DNA of 54,654 nt, from positions 227,146-281,799 of the forward strand of contig NIVC01001427.1 in NCBI GenBank assembly GCA_002269645.1, in the 5' to 3' direction. The translations under genes were made by a program, and so were the position numbers. The notes beneath the pieces were generated by a model. It searched no databases. It was not told the DNA's origin and saw only the letters and a program-made list of their open reading frames with translations. Shown here one piece after another: positions 1 through 18,957 of the stretch; the stretch's first letter is position 1, and each line of letters begins with the position of its first letter. Origin of the DNA: Macrostomum lignano. Lineage: Eukaryota.

Positions 1-85
1 TGATGATTGCAGGGTCAGTGAAGATGATTGAAGGGTCAGTGAAGTGATGATAGAAGGTCAGTGAATGCACCGATGGGTCAGTGCA
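1..85. repeat. Degenerate ~21-bp tandem repeat (GGGTCAGTGAAGATGATTGAA), truncated by window start
   Basis: Four GGTCAGTG-containing copies visible. Confidence 0.6.
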
Positions 86-200
86 GGGAGAGAAACAGCT
101 GACTGTAACACACTGAGAAAGGCTATTACAGATTGCACTATTGTGCCGCATTGAAATTTGCTCCAAGCAAAGTTCTCCCCGGAGGCATCAGGCCAGGCTT

Positions 201-519
201 TCACTTGTCCTTCTTGTTCTGCTTCCGGCCCTGCTGCTTGCTGCCGGTTTCAGCCTCGCAGTGGCCGCACGGCCGCACCGGCTGCCAGTGCAGCTGACTA
301 CGCCGGTACATGGCCAGGGCGGCAGGGTGAGCAGGGCGGACAGGGCAAAGCCGGCCGGCGAGGATGAGCACAGTCTGCGAGAACTGCTGGCAGATGTAGC
401 CCCAGGCTAACCAGCCGCCAAATATTGCCAGTACAAACTGGAAGGTGCGCTCGGCCCTGCGCTGGCCTCGAAGTCCATGTGGTGGGGATGCGGCTGGTCA
501 GGTCAGTGAGAAACTTCAT
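201..519 (-). pseudogene. SPCS1: Signal peptidase complex subunit 1 (SPC12) homologue; intronless, four 1-nt frameshifts (pseudogene or assembly indels)
   Basis: Frame-corrected minus-strand translation MKFLTDLTSRIPT(H)MDFE(G)QRRAERTFQFVLAIFGGWLAWGYICQQFSQTVLILAAGFALSALLTLPPW(P)MYRRSQLHWQPV...KQNKKDK* matches the SPC12 pattern (MDYxGQ..AE..FQ; two TM helices; LLTLPPWPxYRR.PLKW). ATG at 519, TGA at 203-201; frameshifts near 480, 466, 356 and 312. Confidence 0.85.
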
Positions 520-659
520 TGTTGAGGCTTGGTGAGGGGACGCTCAGCGCTGCAATATTGGATGCGCATGGTAACAAGCATGAAGTGCGCCAAGTGGTTT
601 GGACCTCAAAGAACTCGCATACACATAGCACAAGACTAGGCTGAACTGCATATTAAACC

Positions 660-2600
660 CTTATAAACTATTTTGCCTCCCTCTAAGGCACCAAGTATGC
701 CTAGCAATGAAAGTCAAAAGGCTAATTATCTAGTATATTAAAAACATAAAGGTTTTGTCACATTGTCAAAAGGTATTAACTATTTTTATTAGGATTATAT
801 ATAAATATTAATTTATTTGTAGAATTTTCTAAAAAGACAATTTTTGTGTCAATTATATTCTAGTTTTTAAGTCCAAAAATAATTAGTTATCAATATCTAT
901 TTATCTATTTCAAAAATTTCTATATTTATAAAAATATATATTTCAATACAATAATACCCATTGATGGCCATACTTTATTATCTTTATTAAATTCCTTTGC
1001 AAAATGCTTTGCATAAAAGTTTGTCATTAAAAATGCTTTATAATTTAGGCCTAGCATATAATAAAAAACCAAGATTTCTTCATGAAACATTGTCTTTATA
1101 ATAACCATTTCTAATTCTTTATATATAACTAAGAAAGGAAATTTTGTTTTTAAAGGAATATTGTCAATAAAAATTACTTACTCCAATATTAAACATTTGA
1201 TAAAACTCTATGGCATTCTTATACTACCTTTAGGAATAAATAACTTGATCTTAAAAATATAAGATAATTAATCAAGCCATATCTAAAAAACATGAGGATT
1301 CCACATATATGGACATATAAAATATGGAGGTTTTAGATAGGGAGATGCTTTAATGGGATTGATTTTTTATAAACTTAATAGAGACAGGCATCTATTAAAA
1401 ATTAAGTATATAAATTTCTAGACCTTGGGGATAGGGTAGATGACTAAGAGGTCAAGAATTGGACCATGAGAAATAAAGGATTTTAAGATAGAGAAATACT
1501 TTATATAGATTAATTTTATACATCTAAACTTTAGCAAATGGATTGGGATTTGTTAAAAATTATGTAGCCTTATATAAAATATATAAATGTTTAGACATAA
1601 ATGAATTTTTAGAATATTACTCACTATGTTATTTTTCACTATACCTTATTGTACCATGGTTATAGATCTTTAATTTGTTATAGTTAAGCCTGAACTTATG
1701 CTATTTATAGATATTTTTATACTATAGCTAGCTTTTTAAGCTGTCTTTTTACTAGCTTGCAACTTTTACAAATTAACCAGGTGCAAAAACTATATTCTAT
1801 ACTACTATTACTACAATATAGTATACTTTTATATACTTTTAGCTATTTTTTATTCTTTTAAAGTTTTAAAAAAAGTTTTTAAAAAGAAAATTGGAAATAT
1901 TATATACACCTAAGGTTTAGGAAGTACTAACAGATAGTAAAATATAAAACAAAATTATACATATAAATAAATACAATTACAAAACGACCATAGATTATGA
2001 TGATATTAATTAAGGCCTAGTAAAAATTGTTTTACTAATCTAATCATCAAAAGGACTAAAATTGTCTATATAATACCAAACAGTCTAAGTTTTTATTAGA
2101 GAAATTTAATTTGAGAGCAAAAAAACACTTAAGTAGGGCTTATTATTAAGAGATATACTATTTACTTTACTAGGCCTAAGAAACAAATTTAAATTTTCTT
2201 TTAAAAAATATCTTGAGAAAGTTCAATGTAACGGTTCAGTGCTAGGCTATGCCTATAGAGACAAAAGTCTCACAAATGCAATAATTTTACACGCCTAAAT
2301 TTAATCATAAAACACAAATACTAGACTGCAAACACTAGTCCTATTACCAATAAAAAAGAAAATGACTTGTCTCATTGCTAATTTGCCTTAATTTTGGCAA
2401 AAGAAACTCTAAGTCTAGTATTGCCTATCAGGGGCAAATTATTTAAAAAAATCTATTTTCTGATTACTAGGCCTAGCTAGACACAGACTCGAGGCCTCGA
2501 GCTAGATATCAAAATGGAAAAAGTAGAATAGTTAGCTAGGCCTAGCTATCCCCTATGCTGATATACTAAACTAAGCCTGTAAAAACTAAAAAATTGAAAT
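660..2600. other. AT-rich, CpG-depleted, TpA/CTAG-enriched block; probably a hypermutated transposon relic
   Basis: Abrupt drop in GC relative to flanks, very few CG, about 18 CTAG counted by eye, recurrent TAGGCCTA, only short stop-riddled ORFs. Element family not identified. Confidence 0.45.
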
Positions 2601-3678
2601 CCGAAAATGGATAATTGTATATTTGGCCAGAACTGAAAATAACCTTTGTCTTCCGGGCATCAAACAAACCCATCGATCCAACCCGCCCGTCTATAGTTAG
2701 CAAGCATACCCGAATTTGGGATTTTGTTAAATTCGTAGAACGTGTTATAATTCAAATGTGGTTTTTTGCTAGCAAATTAAAACTAAACATTGCTTTTTCT
2801 ATTATAACTACCTTGAATTTTTTTTTCTAATGTAAATAAAAAAATAAAAACTAAAAATTGGTTTACTTTCACTTTGAAATCTATTTTTATTATTCTACTC
2901 TTTGAGCTTTCGATATTTATAAAACATATATTTAAAATTCTGAAGTCGTCTGGAATTCTTTCGCTTTTTAGTATTAAATGCACTCATTGATTAATTATTA
3001 GTTTTTTTTCAACAATCTTAAAAGCCCGTCTTTTAATTAAAAAGATGTCATTTCATTTTGGTTTCAATCCAAATCGCTTTGAAACTTCAACTGTTTGTTC
3101 AGTGTTTTATATTCAGCTGCAAGAATTATCATCTGTTATAGTTATAGCCAGAAGCCAGACCCAGCCAGATCCACAATGTATGATTTTACTTGCTTAAAAT
3201 AGGTTGGACCCTGTCGGATTCGAAACTAGTTAAAATTAACCAAATTTTGCATCCATAATCTTTTAGTTTTTATGTACTACATTTTACCATATTGTTTTTT
3301 GATAAATCCATTCCAGAATTGGCCCATTTGTACCTATAATATCATTCAATATCATATCAATCATTTTTCAATTTTTCCAGTAGGTCTACTTTTATTCATG
3401 CACTAGTGATTTTTGAATCTATGGTCCTAGAGAACAAAATCGTTTTTTTATTTGATTACAAGTTACTTTAAATAAAGGCATAATATGCTTAACTGTATCT
3501 TTTAACTTTTGTAAGCTTTTTTTAGTCTGCTAAGTCACTAAATCACCACTGACTTTCAAAATAAAACACAACACTTGCTTTTATTGAGGTACACATAGAT
3601 GGACTAATTTTATTGACCAATCTATTGATTATTCTCTAATTTTGCACTAATCCTTTTCAGCCAGCACTAGCCTAAACA

Positions 3679-11174
<7,496 letters not shown>

Positions 11175-12718
11175 GCGACCGTTGAGGCCCCCCATTGCAA
11201 CACCGATTTCCTCGAACTGAATCTTGCTTATTTAAACAACTCTTATCTAGATATAAAATTACCTAGCGCTTAATTTTTAATTCACAAATTTTTTTTATCT
11301 ATTAACTAAGGCCCAGCTACTGTTAGTAGTCTAGAAAGTATTTTATTCGCTTTCTGCGTTCCGCAACCTGACATGCCGAGGGAAAAGATTTTGTCATGGA
11401 CAGCTAAAGCGAAACGCTGCAAATTGCATTAACAAGATTGGAAGATACTTTGAGTTTAATTTTCCGCGAGATTTGTTTCGAGGCTTCACTCTTATTATTA
11501 AAAGTTTATTTATTCAACTTGTGTGAAGTGATGCCGACAGAGTTAAGAACTGATTTATGCTTTGTCTCACGTTATTCCCTGTAATACTGTTAGTAGGCTG
11601 TGTTGTGCAGGAAATTCTCAGCAAAGTAGAGATAGTTCCGCATTCGCTATTTAGTTGATATTGCAAGATATAGCGATATTGTGTTTCGTTTTTTGAGTCC
11701 GCTAGCTTAGCCGATTGCTAATGAATAATTAATGAGCATTTCACTTGCTTTGAAGACCGGCCCAGGGGCAATTTCAGTTTCTGACTATTTGACTGCAATT
11801 TTATCAGCTTTTTTTATTTAACCAACTGCTCAGTGTGTTATTAATTTTAAATCGGTGCGCTGCAATGACGTCATTTTGTCTTCAAATTCAAACCAATCTT
11901 AAATCGTGTTTTTAATACTCCTTATATAAAAAGTTGTCTCGACCGTTTCTAAATTGGCGCGTATTTTAAATACTGAGTTGTGTGATTTGTTTTACCACAG
12001 CACTATTATCGTTTGTTATACTTACCGTTTGTTTTAATCTTTGGAATTTGAAATTGTTAAGTGGGATTTTCTCCGATTTTTTAGAGTTTCTTAGGAAGGC
12101 ATCAGAGGTTGAACTTTAAAAAAATGATATTTTTACAAGTATTTCTACACTTACTAACTGCAACTGGCTACTCGCAGTAAGTATTAAGACATTTTCGGTT
12201 GATTCTTTTTCCAGCACGCAACTTCGGTGTGGGGTGTCCGCGCAATGTCTGCCGTTTTCTTTAATTTTTCTCGCTTTCCGCTCGCTCCACTGGCGCACAA
12301 CAGCCACCCTGGCGCCCCCCTCAGCCCTCCGTTTTCCTTAGAAATGCTATGCTTGTTTATTGTTTATTCATTAACTTTTTTGAAAAATCAATATCTATTT
12401 ATCTTACCCCGCATAGATATGTCAATGCAATATGCTGAATGTGTAGGCAAATTGCAAGCAGGATGACCCACTGGATGGGAACTGCAGCGTGCTGAGCTAA
12501 CAAAGCCTGGCTTTGCAATTTACAAACCTCTCGAATAAACTGTGACTCGGCCGCCCCTATCAGCCACCGCCAGCTTCAGCTGGTTTAAACATTGTGTTTC
12601 TTCTGCAACTTTGCTTGCTTTTTCGCTTCAAAGCAAATTTAAAAATGAATTGAAATGCTTACTGGCTTTTGGTCTTTGAGTGCTTTTCACTGACGGAATG
12701 AGAGATCTTCTGGAATAT

Positions 12719-14072
12719 GGAATGAGGGAGCTGGAATAAGGGAGCTGGAATGAGGGAGCTGGAATGAGGGAGCTGGAATGAGGGAGCTGGAATGAGGGAA
12801 CTGGAATGAGGGAGCTGGAATGAGGGAGCTGGAATGAGGGAGCTGGAATGAGGGAGCTGGAATGAGGGAGCTGGAATGAGGGAACTGGAATGAGGGAGCT
12901 GGAATGAGGAATCTATAATGAGGGTACTGGAATGAGGGAGCTGGAATGAGGGAGCTGGAATGAGGGAGCTGGAATGAGGGAGCTGGAATGAGGGAGCTGG
13001 AATGAGGGAGCTGGAATGAGGAATCTATAATGAGGGTACTGGAATGAAGGAGCTGGAATGAGGGAGCTGGAATGAGGAATCTATAATGAGGGTACTGGAA
13101 TGAGGGAACTGGAATGATGGAACTGGAATGATGAGCTGGAATGAGGGAACTGGAATGAGGGAGCTGGAATGAGGGAGCTGGAATGGGGGAGCTGGAATGA
13201 TGAGCTGGAATGATGGAACTGGAATGATGAGCTGGAATGAGGGAACTGGAATGAGGGAGCTGGAATGAGGGAGCTGGAATGGGGGAGCTGGAATAAAGGA
13301 GCTGGAATGAGGGAACTGGAATGAGGGAGCTGGAATGAGGGAGCTGGAATGGGGGAGCTGGAATAAGGGAGCTGGAATGAGGGAACTGGAATGAGGGGGC
13401 TGGAATGAGGGAACTGGAATGAGGGAGCTGGAATGAGGGAGCTGGAATGAGGGAGCTGGAATGAGGGAGCTGGAATGAGGAATCTATAATGAGGGTACTG
13501 GAATGAGGGAACTGGAATGATGGAACTGGAATGATGAGCTGGAATGAGGGAACTGGAATGAGGAAACTGGAATGAGGGAGCTGGAATGAGGGAGCTGGAA
13601 TGAGGAAACTGGAATAAGGGAACTGGAATGAGGGAACTGGAATGATGAGCTGGAATGATGGAACTGGAATGATGAGCTGGAATGAGGGAGCTGGAATGAG
13701 GGAACTGGAATGAGGAAACTGGAATGAGGGAGTTGGAATGAGGGAACTGGAATGAGGGAACTGGAATGAGGGAGCTGGAATGAGGGAGCTGGAATGAGGA
13801 ATCTATAATGAGGGTACTGGAATGAGGGAACTGGAATGAGGGAGCTGGAATGAGGGAGCTGGAATGAGGGAACTGGAATGAGGAATCTATAATGAGGGTA
13901 CTGGAATGAGGGAACTGGAATGATGGAACTGGAATGATGAGCTGGAATGAGGAATCTGGAATGAGGGAACTGGAATGAAGGAGCTGGAATGAGGGAACTG
14001 GAATGAGGGAACTGGAATGAGGGAACTGGAATGAGGAATCTGAAATGAGGAATCTGGAATGAGGGAACTGGA
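12719..14072. repeat. 14-bp minisatellite (GGAATGAGGGAGCT)n
   Basis: Tandem copies; recurrent variant GGAATCTATAATGAGGGTACT. Confidence 0.98.
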
Positions 14073-14731
14073 ACCTGGGAATACTACCTTGTATCTGGTG
14101 TCTGTTACCTTTATTTTAAGGACCAGATATCACAGAATTTGCATGGATGGGTCATGCATATACGAGTAATAGGCATCACGTGATCTGGGAGCTCTGTGGC
14201 CCTGGTTATTATGTCTTTTTATCTTTGTATTAAGCTTTGCCTCAAATTCGACGAACTTGGCTCGAACTCGCGTGCCGAGCTGGGCCGCAGCTCGCGGCCT
14301 GCCCTGCCTCTATTAGGCAAGCTCATAGTAATCTGCTTCCTGCCGGCCCGAGAATTGTAAGAACTGTTGGGGGCCGCCAGCACGGCATGCGGGGAGAGGC
14401 GCTCTGATGAAAGGAAGCCCGCCGCCCGGCCCGGCGGAATGGGAGGGGATGGGGCAGAGAGGCTGGAGCAGCATGAAGGCTTCTCGGTGATTAAAAGAAG
14501 CCCCCCCCATCTCATCGCAGCCGGACTGACCGGCACGAGGCTTGCCGGGGCCGGGAGTTCAGTGTGTAAATCGCTGCTTGCGAAAGCAGGAGGCCCGGGG
14601 AACTTGAAGCCAAAACCGAAAATTTGGATTCGAAAGGGAGCTAACGGGAAAATAAAAATACCGGATTAAGAAGTTGCGTCAAACTTTTGAGATGACGAGA
14701 ACTGTGTTTTCCAAACAGTTCCGACAGATCA

Positions 14732-14909
14732 CAGATCCCAGATCCAGATCCCGAGGATCCCAGATCCCGAGGATCCCAGATCCCGAGGATCCCAGATCCC
14801 GAGGATCCCAGATCCCGAGGATCCCAGATCCCGAGGATCCCAGATCCCGAGGATCCCAGATCCCGAGGATCCCAGATCCCGAGGATCCCAGATCCCGAGG
14901 ATCCCAGGA
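14732..14909. repeat. 16-bp minisatellite (GGATCCCAGATCCCGA)n
   Basis: About 10 near-perfect copies. Confidence 0.97.
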
Positions 14910-15342
14910 TGCACATTCGAGCCGGCCTCTGATTCCACGAGCTGCGCTCACAGAAACTTGGCTCTCTACGCCGAGTTCAAATCAGGCAAAGCAAACTCGG
15001 GCCCGAAAGGCTGAGGTGACTGAGGTGGGGGCAATCGAGTTAGGCGGGGCGGGGACGCTGAGATTTGCGCCGCTGCCATCTGGGCGGCCCACCTCATGAC
15101 CGAAGGCGACACTCCTTTCTCTCCTGCATCCTTTCGCCGCAAAAGTCCCGCCAACCCCCCCCCCCCACATCTCAGCAGCAGCCGACTTTCCCCGCGGGGC
15201 TTCGAACTGCGCGGATTCTTGAGGCGAAATCCCGGCCAACTCAGGTCGGGCTTCGTTTGCCTGGCTGAGTTGGGCGTGGGGCAGAGAAATTAATTGGGGA
15301 TGCAGAAACTCGACGGGCCGTTCGATCTGCAATCAAAACTAA

Positions 15343-15963
15343 CTGGGATCTTTGAATCCTGGGATATTTGAATCCTGGGATCTTTGAATCCTGGGATCTT
15401 TGAATCCTGGGATCTTTGAATCCTGGTATCTTTGAATCCTGGGATCTTTGAATCCTGGGATCTTTGAATCCTGGGATCTTTGAATCCTGGGATCTTTGAA
15501 TCCGGGGATCTTTGAATCCGGGGATCTTTGAATCCTGGGATCTTTGAATCCTGGTATCTTTAAATCCTGGGATCTTTGAATCCTGGGATCTTTGAATCCT
15601 GGGATTTTTTGGGATCGTGGGATCTTTGAATCCTGGGATCTTTGAATCCCGGGATCTTTGAATCCTGGTATCTTTGAATCCTGGGATCTTTGAATCCTGG
15701 GATCTTTGAATCCTGGGATCTTTGAATCCTGGTATCTTTGAATCCTGGGATCTTTGAATCCTGGTATCTTTGAATCCTGGTATCTTGGAATCCTGGGATC
15801 CTTGACACTGGGATCTTTTAATCCTGGGGTCTTTTAATCCTGGGATCTTTGAATCCTGGGATTTTTTGGGATCGTGGGATCTTTGGGATCCTGGGATTTT
15901 TGAATCATGGGATCCTGGGATCTTTGAATCCTGGGATCTTTGAATCCTGGGATCTGGGATCCT
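15343..15963. repeat. 16-bp minisatellite (CTGGGATCTTTGAATC)n
   Basis: About 38 copies; reverse complement shares AGATCCC/GGAT with the 14732 array. Confidence 0.97.
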
Positions 15964-17015
15964 ACAACAAACACGTGTCACTTCGCATCTGTAACTGCTG
16001 GTGCTTGGTACCTGTGACCCAATATTAGCTTCAGTCCAAAGCTACTCACTATTGAGTTTTAGTCAGCTATTCTCTCTCTTCCCAGGCACCTCCGGCCTCC
16101 CAACCATCCCAGTCATGCTGTTTGTGGATCCGAAAAACTTGCTTCCCAAAACGCTCGCCTCGGATGTCAACAGGAGCTGCTGGCGGGAAAGTTGAAGGCG
16201 GTGAGAAAGAAGGGTATGAGGGGGGGGGAACAGACCGGGCAAAACGCTGGGCGGCTCTCTCGAGCAGCTCGGAGAGGACTCAAACAGAGCGAAATCCCTT
16301 TGTAGCCGCCGCTCCCCCCCCCCCCCCAGTCAGTCCTACTGTCCTACCCTGCATGCCACTCTGCACTCTCAGGGTAACCTGTCCCCGCCCTGAGCCCTGG
16401 TTGCGGTGAATTACCCCAAGTAGATGGGGGAGCGGAGGGGGAAACCCACGCTGAGTCTGGCACTCTCCTTCGCTCTCATGTCTGTCATGATCAATTTTCA
16501 TTGGCAAGATTTCTCGCGAAGTAACGGCTGAGGCCCAGCTGCCCCGTCGCCAAGTGGCCTGCAGGACGGGGGAGACAATGCGGAGCGGAGGCCGCCAGCC
16601 TTTAGTGGCCTTTTTGCGATCCCAACGAAGAAGGAAGTGGTCTGACTTGGGAAGGAAACGGGCCCACAAAGGCCCTCAGCGTCTCGCCCAGTTGCTACGG
16701 GAGCAACCCCCGTGCACCGCCTCCTGGAATCCCTGGCTGAGCCGGGGCTGAGCCACACAGCTGCAATCTCCATAGGCCCCAATCTCGCTGTCTGCTTAAA
16801 TCAATTTTGTGCAGTACGGGCCTCATCCTGTGACAGGTATCTCGTCCGGCTCATGCAGGCTGCGGCAGCTCTGCAGCCAGCCTTCAATACACCAGTAACT
16901 GAATCTTGCCGCGTGTTTGTCTACTGGGCCTGTGAGACTTTTTTCACGCCGTCAAACACGGAACTCGCTGCATGCGAAATGTACTTTGCCTTCGCTTTCC
17001 GCCGCTTTTCACCTC

Positions 17016-18385
17016 CCTCCTTCCTCACCTTCATCTCTCCCCTTCCTCACCTTCATCTCCCTCCTTCCTCACCTTCATCTTCCTCCTTCCTCACCTTCAT
17101 CTCCCCCCTTCCTCACCTTCATCTCCCTCCTTCCTCACCTTCATCTCCCTCCTTCCTCACCTTCATCTCCCCTTCCTCGCCTTCATCTCCCTCCTTCCTC
17201 ACCTTCATCTCCCCCTTCCTCACCTTCATCTCCCCCCTTCCTCACCTTCATCCCCCCTTCTTCACCTTCATCTCCCCCCTTCCTCACCTTTATCTCCCCC
17301 TTCCTCACCTTTATCTCCCCTTCCTCACCTTCACCTCCCTCCTTCCTCATCTTCATCTCCCCCTTCCTCACCTTCATCTCCCCCTTCCTCACCTTCATCT
17401 CCCCCTTCCTCACCTTCATCTCCCCCTTCCTCACCTTCATCTCCCCCTTCCTCACCTTCATCTCCCCCTTCCTCACCTTCATCTCCCCCTTCCTCACCTT
17501 CATCTCCCCCCTTCCTCACCTTCATCCCCCCTTCTTCACCTTCATCTCCCCCCTTCCTCACCTTCATCTCCCCCCTTCCTCACCTTCATCTCCCCCTTCC
17601 TCACCTTCATCTCCCCCTTCCTCACCTTCATCTCCCCCTTCCTCACCTTCATCCCCCCTTCTTCACCTTCATCTCCCCCCTTCCTCACCTTCATCTCCCC
17701 CTTCCTCACCTTCATCTCCCCCTTCCTCACCTTCATCTCCCCCTTCCTCACCTTCATCTCCCCCCTTCCTCACCTTCATCCCCCCTTCTTCACCTTCATC
17801 TCCCCCCTTCCTCACCTTCATCTCCCCCCTTCCTCACCTTCATCTCCCCCTTCCTCACCTTCATCTCCCCCTTCCTCACCTTCATCTCCCCCCTTCCTCA
17901 CCTTCATCCTCCCTTCTTCACCTTCATCTCCCCCTTCCTCACCTTCATCTCCCCCTTCCTCACCTTCATCTCCCCCTTCCTCACCTTCATCTCCCCCTTC
18001 CTCACCTTCATCTCCCCCTTCCTCACCTTCATCCCCCTTCTTCACCTTCATCTCCCCCCTTCCTCACCTTCATCTCCCCCCTTCCTCACCTTCATCTCCC
18101 CCTTCCTCACCTTCATCTCCCCCTTCCTCACCTTCATCCCCCCTTCTTCACCTTCATCTCCCCCCTTCCTCACCTTCATCTCCCCCTTCCTCACCTTCAT
18201 CTCCCTCCTTCCTCACCTTCATCTCCCCCTTCCTCACCTTCATCTCCCCCTTCCTCACCTTCATCCCCCCTTCCTCACCTTCATCCCCTCTTCCTCACCT
18301 TCATCCCCCCTTCCTCACCTTCATCCCCCTTCCTCACCTTCATCCTCCCTTCCTCACCTTCATCCCCCTTCCTCACTCTCCATCT
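17016..18385. repeat. ~21-bp pyrimidine-rich minisatellite (CCTTCCTCACCTTCATCTCCC)n
   Basis: Plus strand almost G-free for about 1.37 kb; variable C-run length. Confidence 0.98.
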
Positions 18386-18391
18386 CCATTC

Positions 18392-18462
18392 TGCACTTGG
18401 AATCGAGCCTGGGCCGCTGGCACATAAGAGCACCGCGCTCGACCACTGGGCTACGGCTCCCA
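18392..18462 (-). mobile_element. tRNA-derived SINE head or tRNA pseudogene (Pol III A and B boxes)
   Basis: Minus strand GGGAGCCG-TAGCCCAGTGG(A box)-TCGAGCGCGGTGCTCTTATGTGCCAGCGGCCCA-GGCTCGATTCC(B box). The 3' acceptor-stem strand is absent, so this is not a functional tRNA. Confidence 0.6.
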
Positions 18463-18534
18463 CCAGATCCTTGTGCTTAGATCAAGTGCTTATATTGTTT
18501 TTGTGTTTATGATTGCCTGCGTTTGTGAATTCTT

Positions 18535-18620
18535 TTGTTTATGATCGCTTGTGTTTATGATCGCTTGTGTTTGTGATCGCTTGTGTTTATGATCGCTTGT
18601 GCTTATGATCGCTAGTGTTT
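18535..18620. repeat. Short 16-bp tandem repeat (TTGTGTTTATGATCGC) x~5
   Basis: Direct inspection. Confidence 0.85.
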
Positions 18621-18666
18621 ACATCCATTGGGTTTAATGCATGATTACTTGTGTTTAGATCCCTAG

Positions 18667-18957
18667 TGTAAGCGGGTATTTTCTGCCCAGAAATTTTGAT
18701 CAAACGGTAGTGCTCCGCTGCAGGCCGGTTCTCTCCGATACTGGCGGGCAGCCGCGGCACCTGGAGCGGAAAGCGATGCTTCGCGGCTCTCGGTGACTAA
18801 GAAACGAGGCTCAAAGCCGATTATTGATGTAACCGCCCTTGTCGCCCGTCCGCTCCGCGGGGAGGCGAACGCATGACCAGAGGGGGCAATGACCGTAGGC
18901 TGCCTATGACCGGGCAATGACCTGACGGACCTCCAGCACCAGACTGTCCCGCTTACA
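18667..18957. mobile_element. 291-bp segment bounded by perfect 10-bp inverted repeats (TGTAAGCGGG...CCCGCTTACA); MITE or solo-LTR candidate
   Basis: TGT...ACA termini; no target-site duplication found (flanks CTAG / TGAT). Confidence 0.4.

Noticed and set aside
141-410. Plus-strand 89-aa ORF with a signal-peptide-like hydrophobic stretch
   Set aside because: It is the antisense shadow of the SPCS1 coding sequence on the minus strand; non-ATG start, no independent support.
926-1108. 60-aa minus-strand ORF as an identifiable transposase
   Set aside because: No catalytic motif recognised with confidence; family left unassigned.
18392-18462. Functional tRNA gene
   Set aside because: No 3' acceptor-stem complement, imperfect T-stem and no clean 7-nt anticodon loop; kept only as a SINE head or pseudogene.
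16712-18512. 500-570 aa His/Pro/Ser-rich ORFs in three frames and acidic GDEGEEG ORFs on the minus strand
   Set aside because: Translation of a 21-bp repeat lacking stop codons; no splice signals or codon structure.
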